Part shown: one piece after another, positions 1-7,592 of the stretch
How positions within the stretch are numbered: the stretch's first letter is position 1
Layout: each line of letters opens with the position of its first letter
Origin: Candidatus Caldarchaeum sp.
GTDB lineage: Archaea > Thermoproteota > Nitrososphaeria_A > Caldarchaeales > Caldarchaeaceae
Length of the DNA stretch: 32,000 nt
NCBI GenBank assembly: GCA_038832005.1
Contig: JAWBJZ010000008.1
Location: 1 to 32,000, forward strand
Direction: 5' to 3'
The notes under the pieces: model-generated
Database searches by the model: none
Seen by the model: only the letters and a program-made list of their open reading frames with translations
What the model was told of the DNA's origin: nothing
Program-made: the position numbers and the translations under genes

Positions 1-120
1 ATTGGGGGCCCTTAAAATATGTATGGGGCTGTTGTACTTATGTATTATCTATATTCTTGACTTATAATCATTAAACAAGCAAACACGCTAAATAAGGATA
101 ATGGAGATTGTCAAGCCCAG

Positions 121-576
121 TTACGCTCCGGCCGCCGTCATTTTGTCGAGAACCTGCAGGGACTCTCTCACGTGTTTGTCGGGCATCATGCCTTCTACCA
201 CATACAGTATTACGCCTTTCTCGTCGACTACGAACGTCTTCCTCTTGACCATGCCGAACAAACCCAGCGCATCGTATTTTCTGCAAACGCTTCCATCCCT
301 GTCGCTGAGAAGCAGGTGAGTCAGCTGGTGTTTTTCGGCGAAGCGTTTGTGGCTTTCGAGGCTGTCACGGCTTATGCCCAGAACAACCGCGCCGCGTTTC
401 TCGAACTCCGGCAGCATGTCCCTCAGCAGGCAGTTCTCGCGGGTGCATCCCGGCGAACCATCCTTGGGATAGAAGAAGAGAACAACTCTACGGCCTCTGA
501 GGCTGGAGAGCTGTATGACGCCGCCGTTGGAGGATGGCAGCGTGAAGTCGGGAGCTATGTCACCGGCTTTAACCAT
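121..576 (-). CDS. bcp: Thiol peroxidase / peroxiredoxin, Bcp (PrxQ) type
   Basis: 151-aa ORF. It has the AhpC/TSA-type core [19 protein letters not shown], with the peroxidatic Cys in PGCT and a second Cys five residues later (Bcp-style CxxxxC). Length is typical of Bcp. Confidence 0.9.
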   Translation of the reverse strand: MVKAGDIAPDFTLPSSNGGVIQLSSLRGRRVVLFFYPKDGSPGCTRENCLLRDMLPEFEKRGAVVLGISRDSLESHKRFAEKHQLTHLLLSDRDGSVCRKYDALGLFGMVKRKTFVVDEKGVILYVVEGMMPDKHVRESLQVLDKMTAAGA

Positions 577-977
577 GTGGGTAGAGGGGAGAGTCTGTTT
601 TATCGCTGTTTCGCTGCTACAACTTTAAAAGAGACCTGGAGAAGAGTAAACAACGTGATGAAAGCGGGTATTTCTGATAGATGATGAAACGCCCGTTCTG
701 ACAATACCCGCGGCAATACGCTACTTCTGCTCTTCCATACTTTTTTGCGGTTTGTGTTGAACTGCTTGGATACGACTTTGCATGGGTCGGCATGGCTTTT
801 TGTTTCTTTAAATAGAAAGCTTATATGATGTATTACTTGGGGGGTCCATTTAGAGGAGGGTTTATAGGTGTATGGGAATGGAAAACACATCGGAGATGGA
901 GAGGTATCGAGCCACACCCCCTCGCCACCACTAAGCCCTGTCCAGCCTCATGGAAGTCCTAGTATTTTGGCGATATT

Positions 978-1050
978 AGCCCCGGCCGGATTTGAACCGG
1001 CGTCTCAGGGTCCAGAGCCCTGCATCTTTAACCACCTAGACGACAGGGCT
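978..1050 (-). tRNA. tRNA-Gln (anticodon CUG)
   Basis: 73-nt cloverleaf read by hand on the minus strand. Acceptor AGCCCTG/CGGGGCT (one G-U pair); D arm GTCT-AGGTGGTTAA-AGAT. Anticodon arm CAGGG-CTCTGGA-CCCTG gives anticodon CTG. The variable loop is 4 nt and the T arm is GCCGG-TTCAAAT-CCGGC. CCA is not encoded. Confidence 0.9.
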
Positions 1051-1075
1051 GTCTACCGTGTAGATTTTGATACGG

Positions 1076-1084
1076 TTATTTATT
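1076..1084 (-). promoter_or_regulatory. TATA-like box upstream of tRNA-Gln
   Basis: AATAAATAA on the minus strand, 26-34 nt upstream of the tRNA 5' end at 1050. This is the spacing expected for an archaeal TATA box. Confidence 0.4.
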
Positions 1085-1262
1085 CATACTGGTTCTGAAC
1101 CCATCTAACACAGCGCTCCTTCGACAAAGAAAAAACAGCGACAACAATACATAAGCAAGACATACAAAAAGGAAAAAATGAGGGGAGAGTTGGCTGGAGG
1201 CCGCCAGCAGAACAACATCAAGAAACCCATGGGAAAGGCCGGCTAATACCCGTTCTGACGCT

Positions 1263-1754
1263 TCACAGCTTGTAACCGATTTTTCTGAGGAAGTGTTTTC
1301 TCTCCTCGATGTGTTTCTCTTCCTCTATGCCTTTAGGTTTGAAGCCGTCTATAACGCCTAAAACTCCTCTGCCCTGCTCAGTCTCCCCGACTATTATTTG
1401 GATGGGGTTGGCTGTGGCGGCCAGTATGGTGCATACCTCGGGGACGTCTTTAAGCCTCTGCATGATGTTGATGGGGTAGAAGCCTTTTATGAAGAGGAGG
1501 AAGGTATGGCCACATCCTATCCTCAGCATCGTTTCAGCAGCCTGCTTCCTCAGCTCTGGGTCTGTACCCTCATGCCTGACGAGGCATTCGCCGCTCGCCT
1601 CCATGAAAGCAAGCCCAAACCTGGCTCCGGGAACAGTGTTCACAACAGCCTCGTAAACATCCTCCACCGTCTTTATGAAGTGGGAGACGCCGAAGACGAC
1701 GTTGCAGCCTTCTGGAACCTTGACGTCCACAACCTCAAGCTTTACCCCTGACAT
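1263..1754 (-). CDS. Adenosine-specific kinase family protein (DUF355-type)
   Basis: The ORF track gives 1263..1781. I prefer the internal ATG at 1754 (MSGVKLEVVDVKVPEG...). Strongly conserved archaeal family pattern: SHFIKTVEDVYEAV, RHEGTDPELR, GHTFLLFIKGFYPINIMQRLKDVPEV, and the ending EERKHFLRKIGYKL. Confidence 0.8.
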   Translation of the reverse strand: MSGVKLEVVDVKVPEGCNVVFGVSHFIKTVEDVYEAVVNTVPGARFGLAFMEASGECLVRHEGTDPELRKQAAETMLRIGCGHTFLLFIKGFYPINIMQRLKDVPEVCTILAATANPIQIIVGETEQGRGVLGVIDGFKPKGIEEEKHIEERKHFLRKIGYKL

Positions 1755-1789
1755 ATGTAAACAATTGAAAAAGTCCCGCATAAGTGTTT

Positions 1790-2854
1790 CTACAACGTCC
1801 TCTCAACCAAGAAGCTGGCCAGCTTCTCCAGCTTTTTCTTAGCCTCGGAGGATGGGAGAACCTTGCTGGCCTTTATCCAAGCTTCTTCAACGATTTTTCT
1901 CGAGACGGCTCGGGCGTATTCCCCGGCTCCCGACTCGTTTATCAGCCCTATGGCTTCAGCTATTTTGTCAGGCTCGGATGTATGGCTTGCGAGGATTTCA
2001 CGGAGCCGGCTGCTTTTATCTGCGGGAAGATGTCTCAGAGCGTAGACGGTCATCAGCGTGTATTTTCCCTCGGTTATGTCCCCGCCAATCTCCTTCCTGT
2101 ACTTCTCCTGCTCCCCGAAGATGTTCAGGTAGTCGTCCTGTATCTGGAAAGCCGTGCCGACAGCCTCTCCGAAACCCCCGAGCTCATCCAGTAAATCATA
2201 CCTGCCGGCGTAGATGCAGGCTATCTCTACAGCAAACCTTGCGAGAGAGCCGGTTTTGTAGGAAGCCATCTGGAGATAGTCTTCCTCGGTTACCCCATCC
2301 ACAAGCCCTTTATGCCACACTATGTCAAGAGTCTGGCCGAGGCTGAGCTTAACCATCATCTCGACATATCTTCTCAGAACCTTGGCCTGTTTTTCCTCGC
2401 CAGCATTTTTGGTGAGCAGGTATACCGGCAGGTAGTATAGGGCGTTTCCCGTGTTTACCGCTATGTCAACCCCGTAGATGAGATGGATGCAAGGCTTACC
2501 CCTTCTCAGGAGGCTTGAGTCCTCCACGTCGTCGACCATAAGCGTTGCGTTGTGGATTATCTCGGGAACGGCTGCCGCCAAAGCTATCTGCTCAAGCCTT
2601 CCGCCCAAAGCCTCGTAGGTCAAAACCGTCAACGCAGGCCTCCATCTCTTACCACCTCGGCTGAAAAGCTCCCAGAAAGGTTTCGACAAACCCTCTGTTA
2701 AAGACTCAGGGCTGTAGCGGAAACGTGGTTCTCCGAACTCTCTGACGAGAAAGTCGTGGCTGAAGGACTTGGGTATCAGCTTCTCCACAGCGGCTTCGAC
2801 AGATGAAGCATACTCGGCAAGGAAGGCCATCACCTCCGATTCCAGGCTCATCAT
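1790..2854 (-). CDS. Polyprenyl (geranylgeranyl) diphosphate synthase
   Basis: 354 aa. First aspartate-rich motif MVDDVEDSSLLRRGKP and second motif FQIQDDYLN, plus GKRWRP upstream. These are trans-isoprenyl diphosphate synthase hallmarks. Confidence 0.9.
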   Translation of the reverse strand: MMSLESEVMAFLAEYASSVEAAVEKLIPKSFSHDFLVREFGEPRFRYSPESLTEGLSKPFWELFSRGGKRWRPALTVLTYEALGGRLEQIALAAAVPEIIHNATLMVDDVEDSSLLRRGKPCIHLIYGVDIAVNTGNALYYLPVYLLTKNAGEEKQAKVLRRYVEMMVKLSLGQTLDIVWHKGLVDGVTEEDYLQMASYKTGSLARFAVEIACIYAGRYDLLDELGGFGEAVGTAFQIQDDYLNIFGEQEKYRKEIGGDITEGKYTLMTVYALRHLPADKSSRLREILASHTSEPDKIAEAIGLINESGAGEYARAVSRKIVEEAWIKASKVLPSSEAKKKLEKLASFLVERTL

Positions 2855-2928
2855 GTAGAAGAGCTTGGAAGAGGGATTTAAGGCATCATAGTCTCGGTGT
2901 TTTGGAAACCGTTCTGAGGGGTGTGTTT

Positions 2929-3705
2929 TCAGACTTTCACGCCGCGTTTCCTCAGGTATGCTGAAAGCTGTTCATACGATTGCTTAATATCCTTCGTCAC
3001 CATCATTCTCTCCGCCAAATATTCGGCATAGCTTCCCGCAAATTTAGCGTATTTCACCAAGTATCCCTCGGCCGACAGCGTCTTCTCCACCGTCCTGAGA
3101 TACTCGCCCACGTCGGCTTGCGAAACGGGCTTGTAGGAGTTGATGTGAAGGATGTTTTTGATGCTCCACCTGGGTCTCGGCGGTGGATTTTCCTCCTTCT
3201 CTCCTATCAGAAGGATAACCAGCGGGACAACACCGTGAGGGAGCTTAAACACATCAACAAGCCTTTCACACTCCATGACACCGCAGTCGAGTAGGAGAGA
3301 GCCGTATCCAAGAGCCTCGCTGGCTATTATCATGTTCTCAACAACCAGCCCGGTCTCTAAAACGCTGAGAAGAACCTCAGCAGGATAAGCGTCGAGCTTT
3401 AGAAAGTTGTCGGGGACCACAGATTGTAAAAAAGCAGCCAGCCTGTTGAAATCTAAGCAAACCAGAAGGACGGCGGAGGCTTGACGTATGGGCTCCGACT
3501 CGCATATGCTTGCAACCATTTCAACAAGGTTTTCATCCCTAACCCAGATGATTGAGTATGCCTGCAGATAGGCTGGCGCCGACTGACCAGCCTCAACAAT
3601 CATTGATAGAACATCCTCCCCCATCGCCGTTTTGCGAAACCTTCTGATAGACCTACGGGAAAGAAGCAGGCCTAATGTGCTGTGCTCAACTCTTCGTTTC
3701 AACAA
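2929..3705 (-). CDS. Nitroreductase family protein
   Basis: 258 aa. N-terminal LLSRRSIRRFRK (the typical RRSxRxF FMN-binding start of nitroreductases), followed by EAGQSAP and a central GYGS. Confidence 0.75.
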   Translation of the reverse strand: MLKRRVEHSTLGLLLSRRSIRRFRKTAMGEDVLSMIVEAGQSAPAYLQAYSIIWVRDENLVEMVASICESEPIRQASAVLLVCLDFNRLAAFLQSVVPDNFLKLDAYPAEVLLSVLETGLVVENMIIASEALGYGSLLLDCGVMECERLVDVFKLPHGVVPLVILLIGEKEENPPPRPRWSIKNILHINSYKPVSQADVGEYLRTVEKTLSAEGYLVKYAKFAGSYAEYLAERMMVTKDIKQSYEQLSAYLRKRGVKV

Positions 3706-3733
3706 GATAAAAGAAAAAGAGAGGGATATTTGT

Positions 3734-4819
3734 TTAATGGTAGGATGCCACTGGTTTTATGCCGAGTTCTTCGAGGATTTTGTCAACGTCCTCGCTTGAC
3801 TCCTCGGATGCATGCTGGTCTACTATTGCTGGTGTTAGGTCGTTGATCTCCACAACCTGCTGTGCTGACGACAGCCCTGTCAAGATGAGTGAGACCTGCA
3901 TAGTTGAGTTGTAGGTGTCCTCTATGCGGGCGCCCCATATCACAAGCCCGTCCTCGCCCATCAGTTCGGAAATTATCTCGGCGGGCCTAGCTGCCTCAGC
4001 CAGCTGCATGTCCTCGCCTCCGCAGACATGGACGATGGCTCCAGACAAGCCTTCGTATGAAGCGTCGAGCAGCGGCGACTGCAGAGCGCTGAACGTGGCT
4101 TCCTCCGCCCTGTTCGGTGAAGATGACCTTCCTATGCCGAGCGACGCAAGCTTCCCCCGCGAAACAACGGTCTTGAAGTCTTCATAATCTATGTTGATAA
4201 GGCCGGGCTTCGCTATGGATTCGGTTATGCTCTGTATCATGTTGCTTATGACTTCGTCGGCGAGGCCGAAGGCGCGGCGGAGGCCGTGTTGTGGATAAAG
4301 CTCCAGCAGCTTGTTATTGTCTATGACTACTGCTGTGTTTGTGTAGTTTTTCAGCTCGTCAAGCCCCTGCAACGCTATCCTCTTCCGCACCTGACCTTCG
4401 AAGGAGAACGGTAGAGAGACGACTCCGACAACAGTTGCACCCTCCTCCCTCGCGATCCGCGCTATGACTGGGGCTCCTCCGGTTCCCGTGCCTCCGCCAA
4501 GCCCAGCCGCCAGGAAAACTATGTCAGAGCCTTCAAGCGCCCTGCGTATCTCCTCCTCAGACTCTTCAGCGGCTCTCCTTCCCCTAACAGGGTCTCCGCC
4601 GGCGCCGCGTAAACGTGTTGTCGTCTTGCCCAACAGAATCTTTTTGTCAGCTCTCACCATGTCAAGGTGTTGAAGGTCGGTGTTGGCGGCTACTGTGTAG
4701 ACGCCGGTCATGCCGGATGCTATCAGCCGGTTGACGGTGTTGCAGCCAGCTCCTCCGACGCCTATTAGCTTGATACGTATGTCCTCAGGGTTGTGGATAA
4801 ACTCCGCGGCGTCACTCAC
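3734..4819 (-). CDS. ftsZ: Cell division GTPase FtsZ
   Basis: 361 aa. IGVGGAGCNTVNRL and the tubulin signature GLGGGTGTGGAPVIA, then NTDLQHL and a C-terminal acidic linker. The start codon is GTG at 4819 and overlaps the stop of the upstream RHH gene. Confidence 0.95.
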   Translation of the reverse strand: MSDAAEFIHNPEDIRIKLIGVGGAGCNTVNRLIASGMTGVYTVAANTDLQHLDMVRADKKILLGKTTTRLRGAGGDPVRGRRAAEESEEEIRRALEGSDIVFLAAGLGGGTGTGGAPVIARIAREEGATVVGVVSLPFSFEGQVRKRIALQGLDELKNYTNTAVVIDNNKLLELYPQHGLRRAFGLADEVISNMIQSITESIAKPGLINIDYEDFKTVVSRGKLASLGIGRSSSPNRAEEATFSALQSPLLDASYEGLSGAIVHVCGGEDMQLAEAARPAEIISELMGEDGLVIWGARIEDTYNSTMQVSLILTGLSSAQQVVEINDLTPAIVDQHASEESSEDVDKILEELGIKPVASYH

Positions 4820-5051
4820 TTATCTGTACCTCCGTTCTGATGAAGTCGCGGAGGGCCATCCGTATCGCCTCGGCTCTGTTGGGGTACAGCCTTCTTCTCA
4901 CGAGCTCGTCTATTGCCTGCAGGTATGGTTCAGGCAGATGCACCGTTACCACTTTCACTTCACCATCACCTCTTTGGGCCGCTGAATTGCGGCGAATGTT
5001 ATAACTATAGGTAATACCAAAGTATTCTTTTCCCGCGCTTTTCAACCGCAT
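4812..5051 (-). CDS. Ribbon-helix-helix (CopG-family) protein, CdrS-like, co-transcribed with ftsZ
   Basis: RHH core VKVVTVHLPEPYLQAIDELVRRRLYPNRAEAIRMALRDFI. The track ORF starts at a TTG (5096). The ATG at 5051 is preceded by GAGGGTGGTGA. A shorter alternative is GTG at 4958, preceded by AGAGGTGATGG. The stop TGA (4814-4812) lies inside GTGAGTGA, shared with the ftsZ GTG start. Confidence 0.7.
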   Translation of the reverse strand: MRLKSAGKEYFGITYSYNIRRNSAAQRGDGEVKVVTVHLPEPYLQAIDELVRRRLYPNRAEAIRMALRDFIRTEVQISE

Positions 5052-5097
5052 TTTCACCACCCTCTCGTTCTTTGAATGAGCAACATGCTTCAGCAAA

Positions 5098-5109
5098 CTC
5101 TATAATCTA
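5098..5109. promoter_or_regulatory. TATA-like element in the divergent RHH / Toprim intergenic region
   Basis: CTCTATAATCTA sits between the divergent genes that start at 5051 (minus) and 5147 (plus). It lies about 47-58 nt from the RHH ATG, compatible with a short SD-containing leader. Confidence 0.3.
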
Positions 5110-5146
5110 ATCAACTAATGATTATGCGGGAAGTCGGCGGCAGCCT

Positions 5147-5512
5147 ATGATGGACGATGAAATGTACGAGAAAATTAAAAAAATTTTTGACCAGCTCGCA
5201 GCGGAATCAGAGGAAGGCGCGGCTGTTCTTGTGGAAGGCGTAAGGGATGAGCGTGTTTTGAGGATGATTGGTTTCAAGGGAAGGGTGATTCTTGCAAGCC
5301 GTTTACGCGGCGAAGTGGAGAGGATGCCGAAGAAGGTGATTCTGCTGCTGGACTTTGACCGAGAAGGGTTGAAGAACATGAAAAGGCTGGCGAAGACGTT
5401 GTCATCCGCAGGCGTCAAGGTTGATGACAGCTATCACAAAAGACTGAGAATCTTGAAAAGGTATGGAATAACCACCGTCGAATCTCTTCGAAGCCTCCTA
5501 CCCACCAGCTAA
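5147..5512 (+). CDS. Small Toprim-domain protein
   Basis: 121 aa. Conserved Toprim glutamate in VLVEGVRDERVL and the DxD motif in VILLLDFDREG. This is the archaeal small-primase-like Toprim arrangement. Confidence 0.7.
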   Translation: MMDDEMYEKIKKIFDQLAAESEEGAAVLVEGVRDERVLRMIGFKGRVILASRLRGEVERMPKKVILLLDFDREGLKNMKRLAKTLSSAGVKVDDSYHKRLRILKRYGITTVESLRSLLPTS

Positions 5513-5517
5513 CGGTA

Positions 5518-5868
5518 TTATTTCTTCAGCAACGCGGCGAAGATTGAGTTAAGCTCTTGAGCCGCGAAGACGTCGCCCTTTATCTTGATACGGCCTGAGA
5601 AGAATGCTTTGACCGCGTCCAGCTCCCCCTTCAAAATCGATACAAGGTCCTGGTGTGTTGACTCTATCGAGGCGGATGGGTTGGGGTGGAGGCCTTCGGT
5701 GACCGTCAGCCCTCCGGCGGTTGAATGAATGTAGAAGGCTTTTCCGTCGCTTGGCTTGAACTGGACGACCTTGTTCCATCCAGCAGCCTTCTTAAAGGCA
5801 TCAGGATTTGTTTTGACAGCTTCTACAAGCCTCTGTGCATGCATCAGCGCCTCGTCAGCGGACATCAT
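5518..5868 (-). CDS. SCP2 (sterol carrier protein 2-like) domain protein
   Basis: The C-terminal 116 aa of the 220-aa track ORF: MMSADEAL...FFSGRIKIKGDVFAAQELNSIF, the typical SCP2 ending. The longer ORF would overlap the acyl-CoA synthetase gene on the other strand. The TATA-like GTTTATACATC at 5913-5923 favours ATG 5868 (alternative 5898). Confidence 0.75.
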   Translation of the reverse strand: MMSADEALMHAQRLVEAVKTNPDAFKKAAGWNKVVQFKPSDGKAFYIHSTAGGLTVTEGLHPNPSASIESTHQDLVSILKGELDAVKAFFSGRIKIKGDVFAAQELNSIFAALLKK

Positions 5869-5946
5869 CAAAACCTGTGAAAGACGGCTAATAAACATGT
5901 CGCATCCAAAAAAGTTTATACATCTTATCATCCAGCTCTGCCGAGG

Positions 5947-7542
5947 ATGTCTGACCGTCTCGACGTGGTTGAGCAAGGGATGTTGTGGAAGATTCCCGAG
6001 CGTTTTAACGTAGGCTCTGCTGTTCTGGAGAACGATGGCTCGCTGCCAGCCCTCGTGTCCGTTGACGTGAACGGCGGCGTTGCAAAATACACCTTCCACG
6101 ACCTGAGACGGTTCTCCAGCATGGTTGCCAACGGGTTGCGAGATTATGGTGTTGGACGGGGTGACAGAGTTGTTCTGCATCTTCTACAAGGCGTAGAGCT
6201 TGTCGGATGTCTGCTGGCTGTTTACAGGCTTGCAGCAATCGCCGTGACAGTGCCTGCTCTGCTGGGAAGCGAAGCCGTTGAATACCGTGTGAAGGATAGC
6301 GGCGCAAAAGCCGTGATAGTTGACCAAGCTCTCAAACACAAGCTTTCAAACATCAACACAGAACAAACCATGATTTTTGTAGCCAACGGCGGGGGTGGAG
6401 AAAAGACGTATGGCCTTGAAGAGCTCATGGGAGGCTCGGCTTCGTTCAGCGACGTTGTAACATCATCCGATGAAGCAGCACATATCTTCTACACATCCGG
6501 CACCGAGGGGCCTCCGAAAGGCGCTGTCCACGCCCACCGCTGGATACTAACCCACATACCTTGCTTTAAGCTGGGGTACGACAACGGGCCAAGAGAGGAT
6601 GATGTTTTCTGGACCCCGGCTGACTGGGCTTGGATAGGCGGGTGTGGAAACCTGCTTCTCACAGCACTCCTCTTCGGCAGGCCCGTCGTTGCCGTCAGGA
6701 GGCTGGGTAGGTTCGACCCAGCCAAGGCCTACGAGGTTATGGAGCAGTTCAAAATCACATGCAGCTTCATCCCACCCACGGCTTTACGGATGATGAGACG
6801 CTTCGACCACGAGCCGTTGAAGCATTACGGTCTCTCGCTAAGGGCTGTGCTGAGCGGCGGAGAGCCTGTCACGGCGGAGGTCGTCGATTGGGGGCGGAAA
6901 GAGCTCAACGCATCCATTAACGAAACCTACGGCCAGACAGAGGCAAACCTGTTGACGGCGAACTCGGCTGCAGCGGGAATACTGAAACCCGGCTCCGTCG
7001 GAAAACCCGTCCCAGGTCATGTCATACAAATCCTCGACGAGGCTCTTAGGCCTTTGCCTGCAGGTGTTCTGGGCCACATAGCTCTCAAGCTCCCCGACCC
7101 GTCAGCTTTCCTCGGCTACTGGAGAAACCCCGAAGCCACAGCCATGAAGATGAGAGGAGGCTATCTGCTTACGGGCGATTTGGGTTGGATGGATGAAGAT
7201 GGGTTTGTCTGGTTCAAATCGAGGGCCGACGACCTAATAAAAACCTCGGGCTACAGGCTTTCACCTTGGGAGGTGGAGCAGGCTATCAACAGGCATCCAG
7301 CTGTTGAAGAATCCGCCGTCATAGGCGTCCCCGACCCCGAAAGATACCAAGCGGTTAAAGCCTTCATAGTCCTCAAGCAAGGGTTTGAGCCATCCACGCA
7401 GCTTGTCGAAGAACTATGCGAAGCAGTCAGAAAAGCCGTCGGACCACATGCAACCCCGAGAGACGTGGAGTTCGTTAAAGAGATACCTAAAACCGCAACG
7501 TTTAAGCTGAAGCGGTCTGAGCTGCGGAAAAAGCTGGGGTAA
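5947..7542 (+). CDS. AMP-forming acyl-CoA synthetase / ligase
   Basis: 531 aa. AMP-binding motif IFYTSGTEGPPKGAVH, then ETYGQTE, TGDLGWMDEDGFVWFKSRADDLIKTSGYRLSPWEVE, and the C-terminal KTATFKLKR lysine. Confidence 0.9.
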   Translation: MSDRLDVVEQGMLWKIPERFNVGSAVLENDGSLPALVSVDVNGGVAKYTFHDLRRFSSMVANGLRDYGVGRGDRVVLHLLQGVELVGCLLAVYRLAAIAVTVPALLGSEAVEYRVKDSGAKAVIVDQALKHKLSNINTEQTMIFVANGGGGEKTYGLEELMGGSASFSDVVTSSDEAAHIFYTSGTEGPPKGAVHAHRWILTHIPCFKLGYDNGPREDDVFWTPADWAWIGGCGNLLLTALLFGRPVVAVRRLGRFDPAKAYEVMEQFKITCSFIPPTALRMMRRFDHEPLKHYGLSLRAVLSGGEPVTAEVVDWGRKELNASINETYGQTEANLLTANSAAAGILKPGSVGKPVPGHVIQILDEALRPLPAGVLGHIALKLPDPSAFLGYWRNPEATAMKMRGGYLLTGDLGWMDEDGFVWFKSRADDLIKTSGYRLSPWEVEQAINRHPAVEESAVIGVPDPERYQAVKAFIVLKQGFEPSTQLVEELCEAVRKAVGPHATPRDVEFVKEIPKTATFKLKRSELRKKLG

Positions 7543-7544
7543 CG

Positions 7545-7550
7545 TTTTTT
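7545..7550 (+). terminator. Oligo-T tract after acyl-CoA synthetase
   Basis: TTTTTT begins 3 nt after the TAA stop (7540-7542). Archaeal terminators are typically T-runs. Confidence 0.3.
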
Positions 7551-7555
7551 ATCAA

Positions 7556-7592
7556 CTTATGACCCCATTAGCCTGCTTATGACCCCATTAGC
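7556..7592 (+). repeat. Tandem direct duplication (17-nt unit CTTATGACCCCATTAGC, 20-bp period) spanning the start codon of the next gene
   Basis: Exact copies at 7556-7572 and 7576-7592. Each copy contains an ATG (7559 and 7579). Confidence 0.9.

Noticed and set aside
172-684. 170-aa plus-strand ORF
   Set aside because: It is entirely antisense to the well-supported bcp gene and has no recognisable motifs. It is a typical shadow ORF.
681-701. C/D-box sRNA-like elements (ATGATGA at 681-687, CTGA at 698-701)
   Set aside because: The spacer is only 10 nt. I could not find a C-prime box or a terminal D box with a second guide at the expected distance, so the canonical archaeal C/D architecture is not present.
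600-917. 105-aa minus-strand ORF in the bcp-tRNA spacer, and the 76-aa plus ORF at 868..1098
   Set aside because: There are no motifs and no SD or TATA at sensible spacing. The plus ORF runs straight through the tRNA-Gln gene on the opposite strand. I treat 577-977 as non-coding.
691-1259. 11-nt direct repeat CCCGTTCTGAC at 691-701 and 1249-1259 flanking the tRNA, considered as possible att sites
   Set aside because: Exact 11-mers are expected by chance many times in 32 kb. There is no integrase or mobile gene between the copies, and the repeat does not include tRNA sequence.
1852-2346. 164-aa plus-strand ORF rich in Arg/Ser/Pro (also 1784..2194 and 1863..2045)
   Set aside because: It is antisense to the GGPP synthase gene. 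The low-complexity Arg/Pro/Ser composition is typical of antisense frames of GC-rich coding sequence.
5869-6180. N-terminal 104 residues of the 220-aa ORF 5518..6180
   Set aside because: This part overlaps the acyl-CoA synthetase gene on the other strand and has no SCP2 similarity. The SCP2 domain begins at the internal Met pair (5868).
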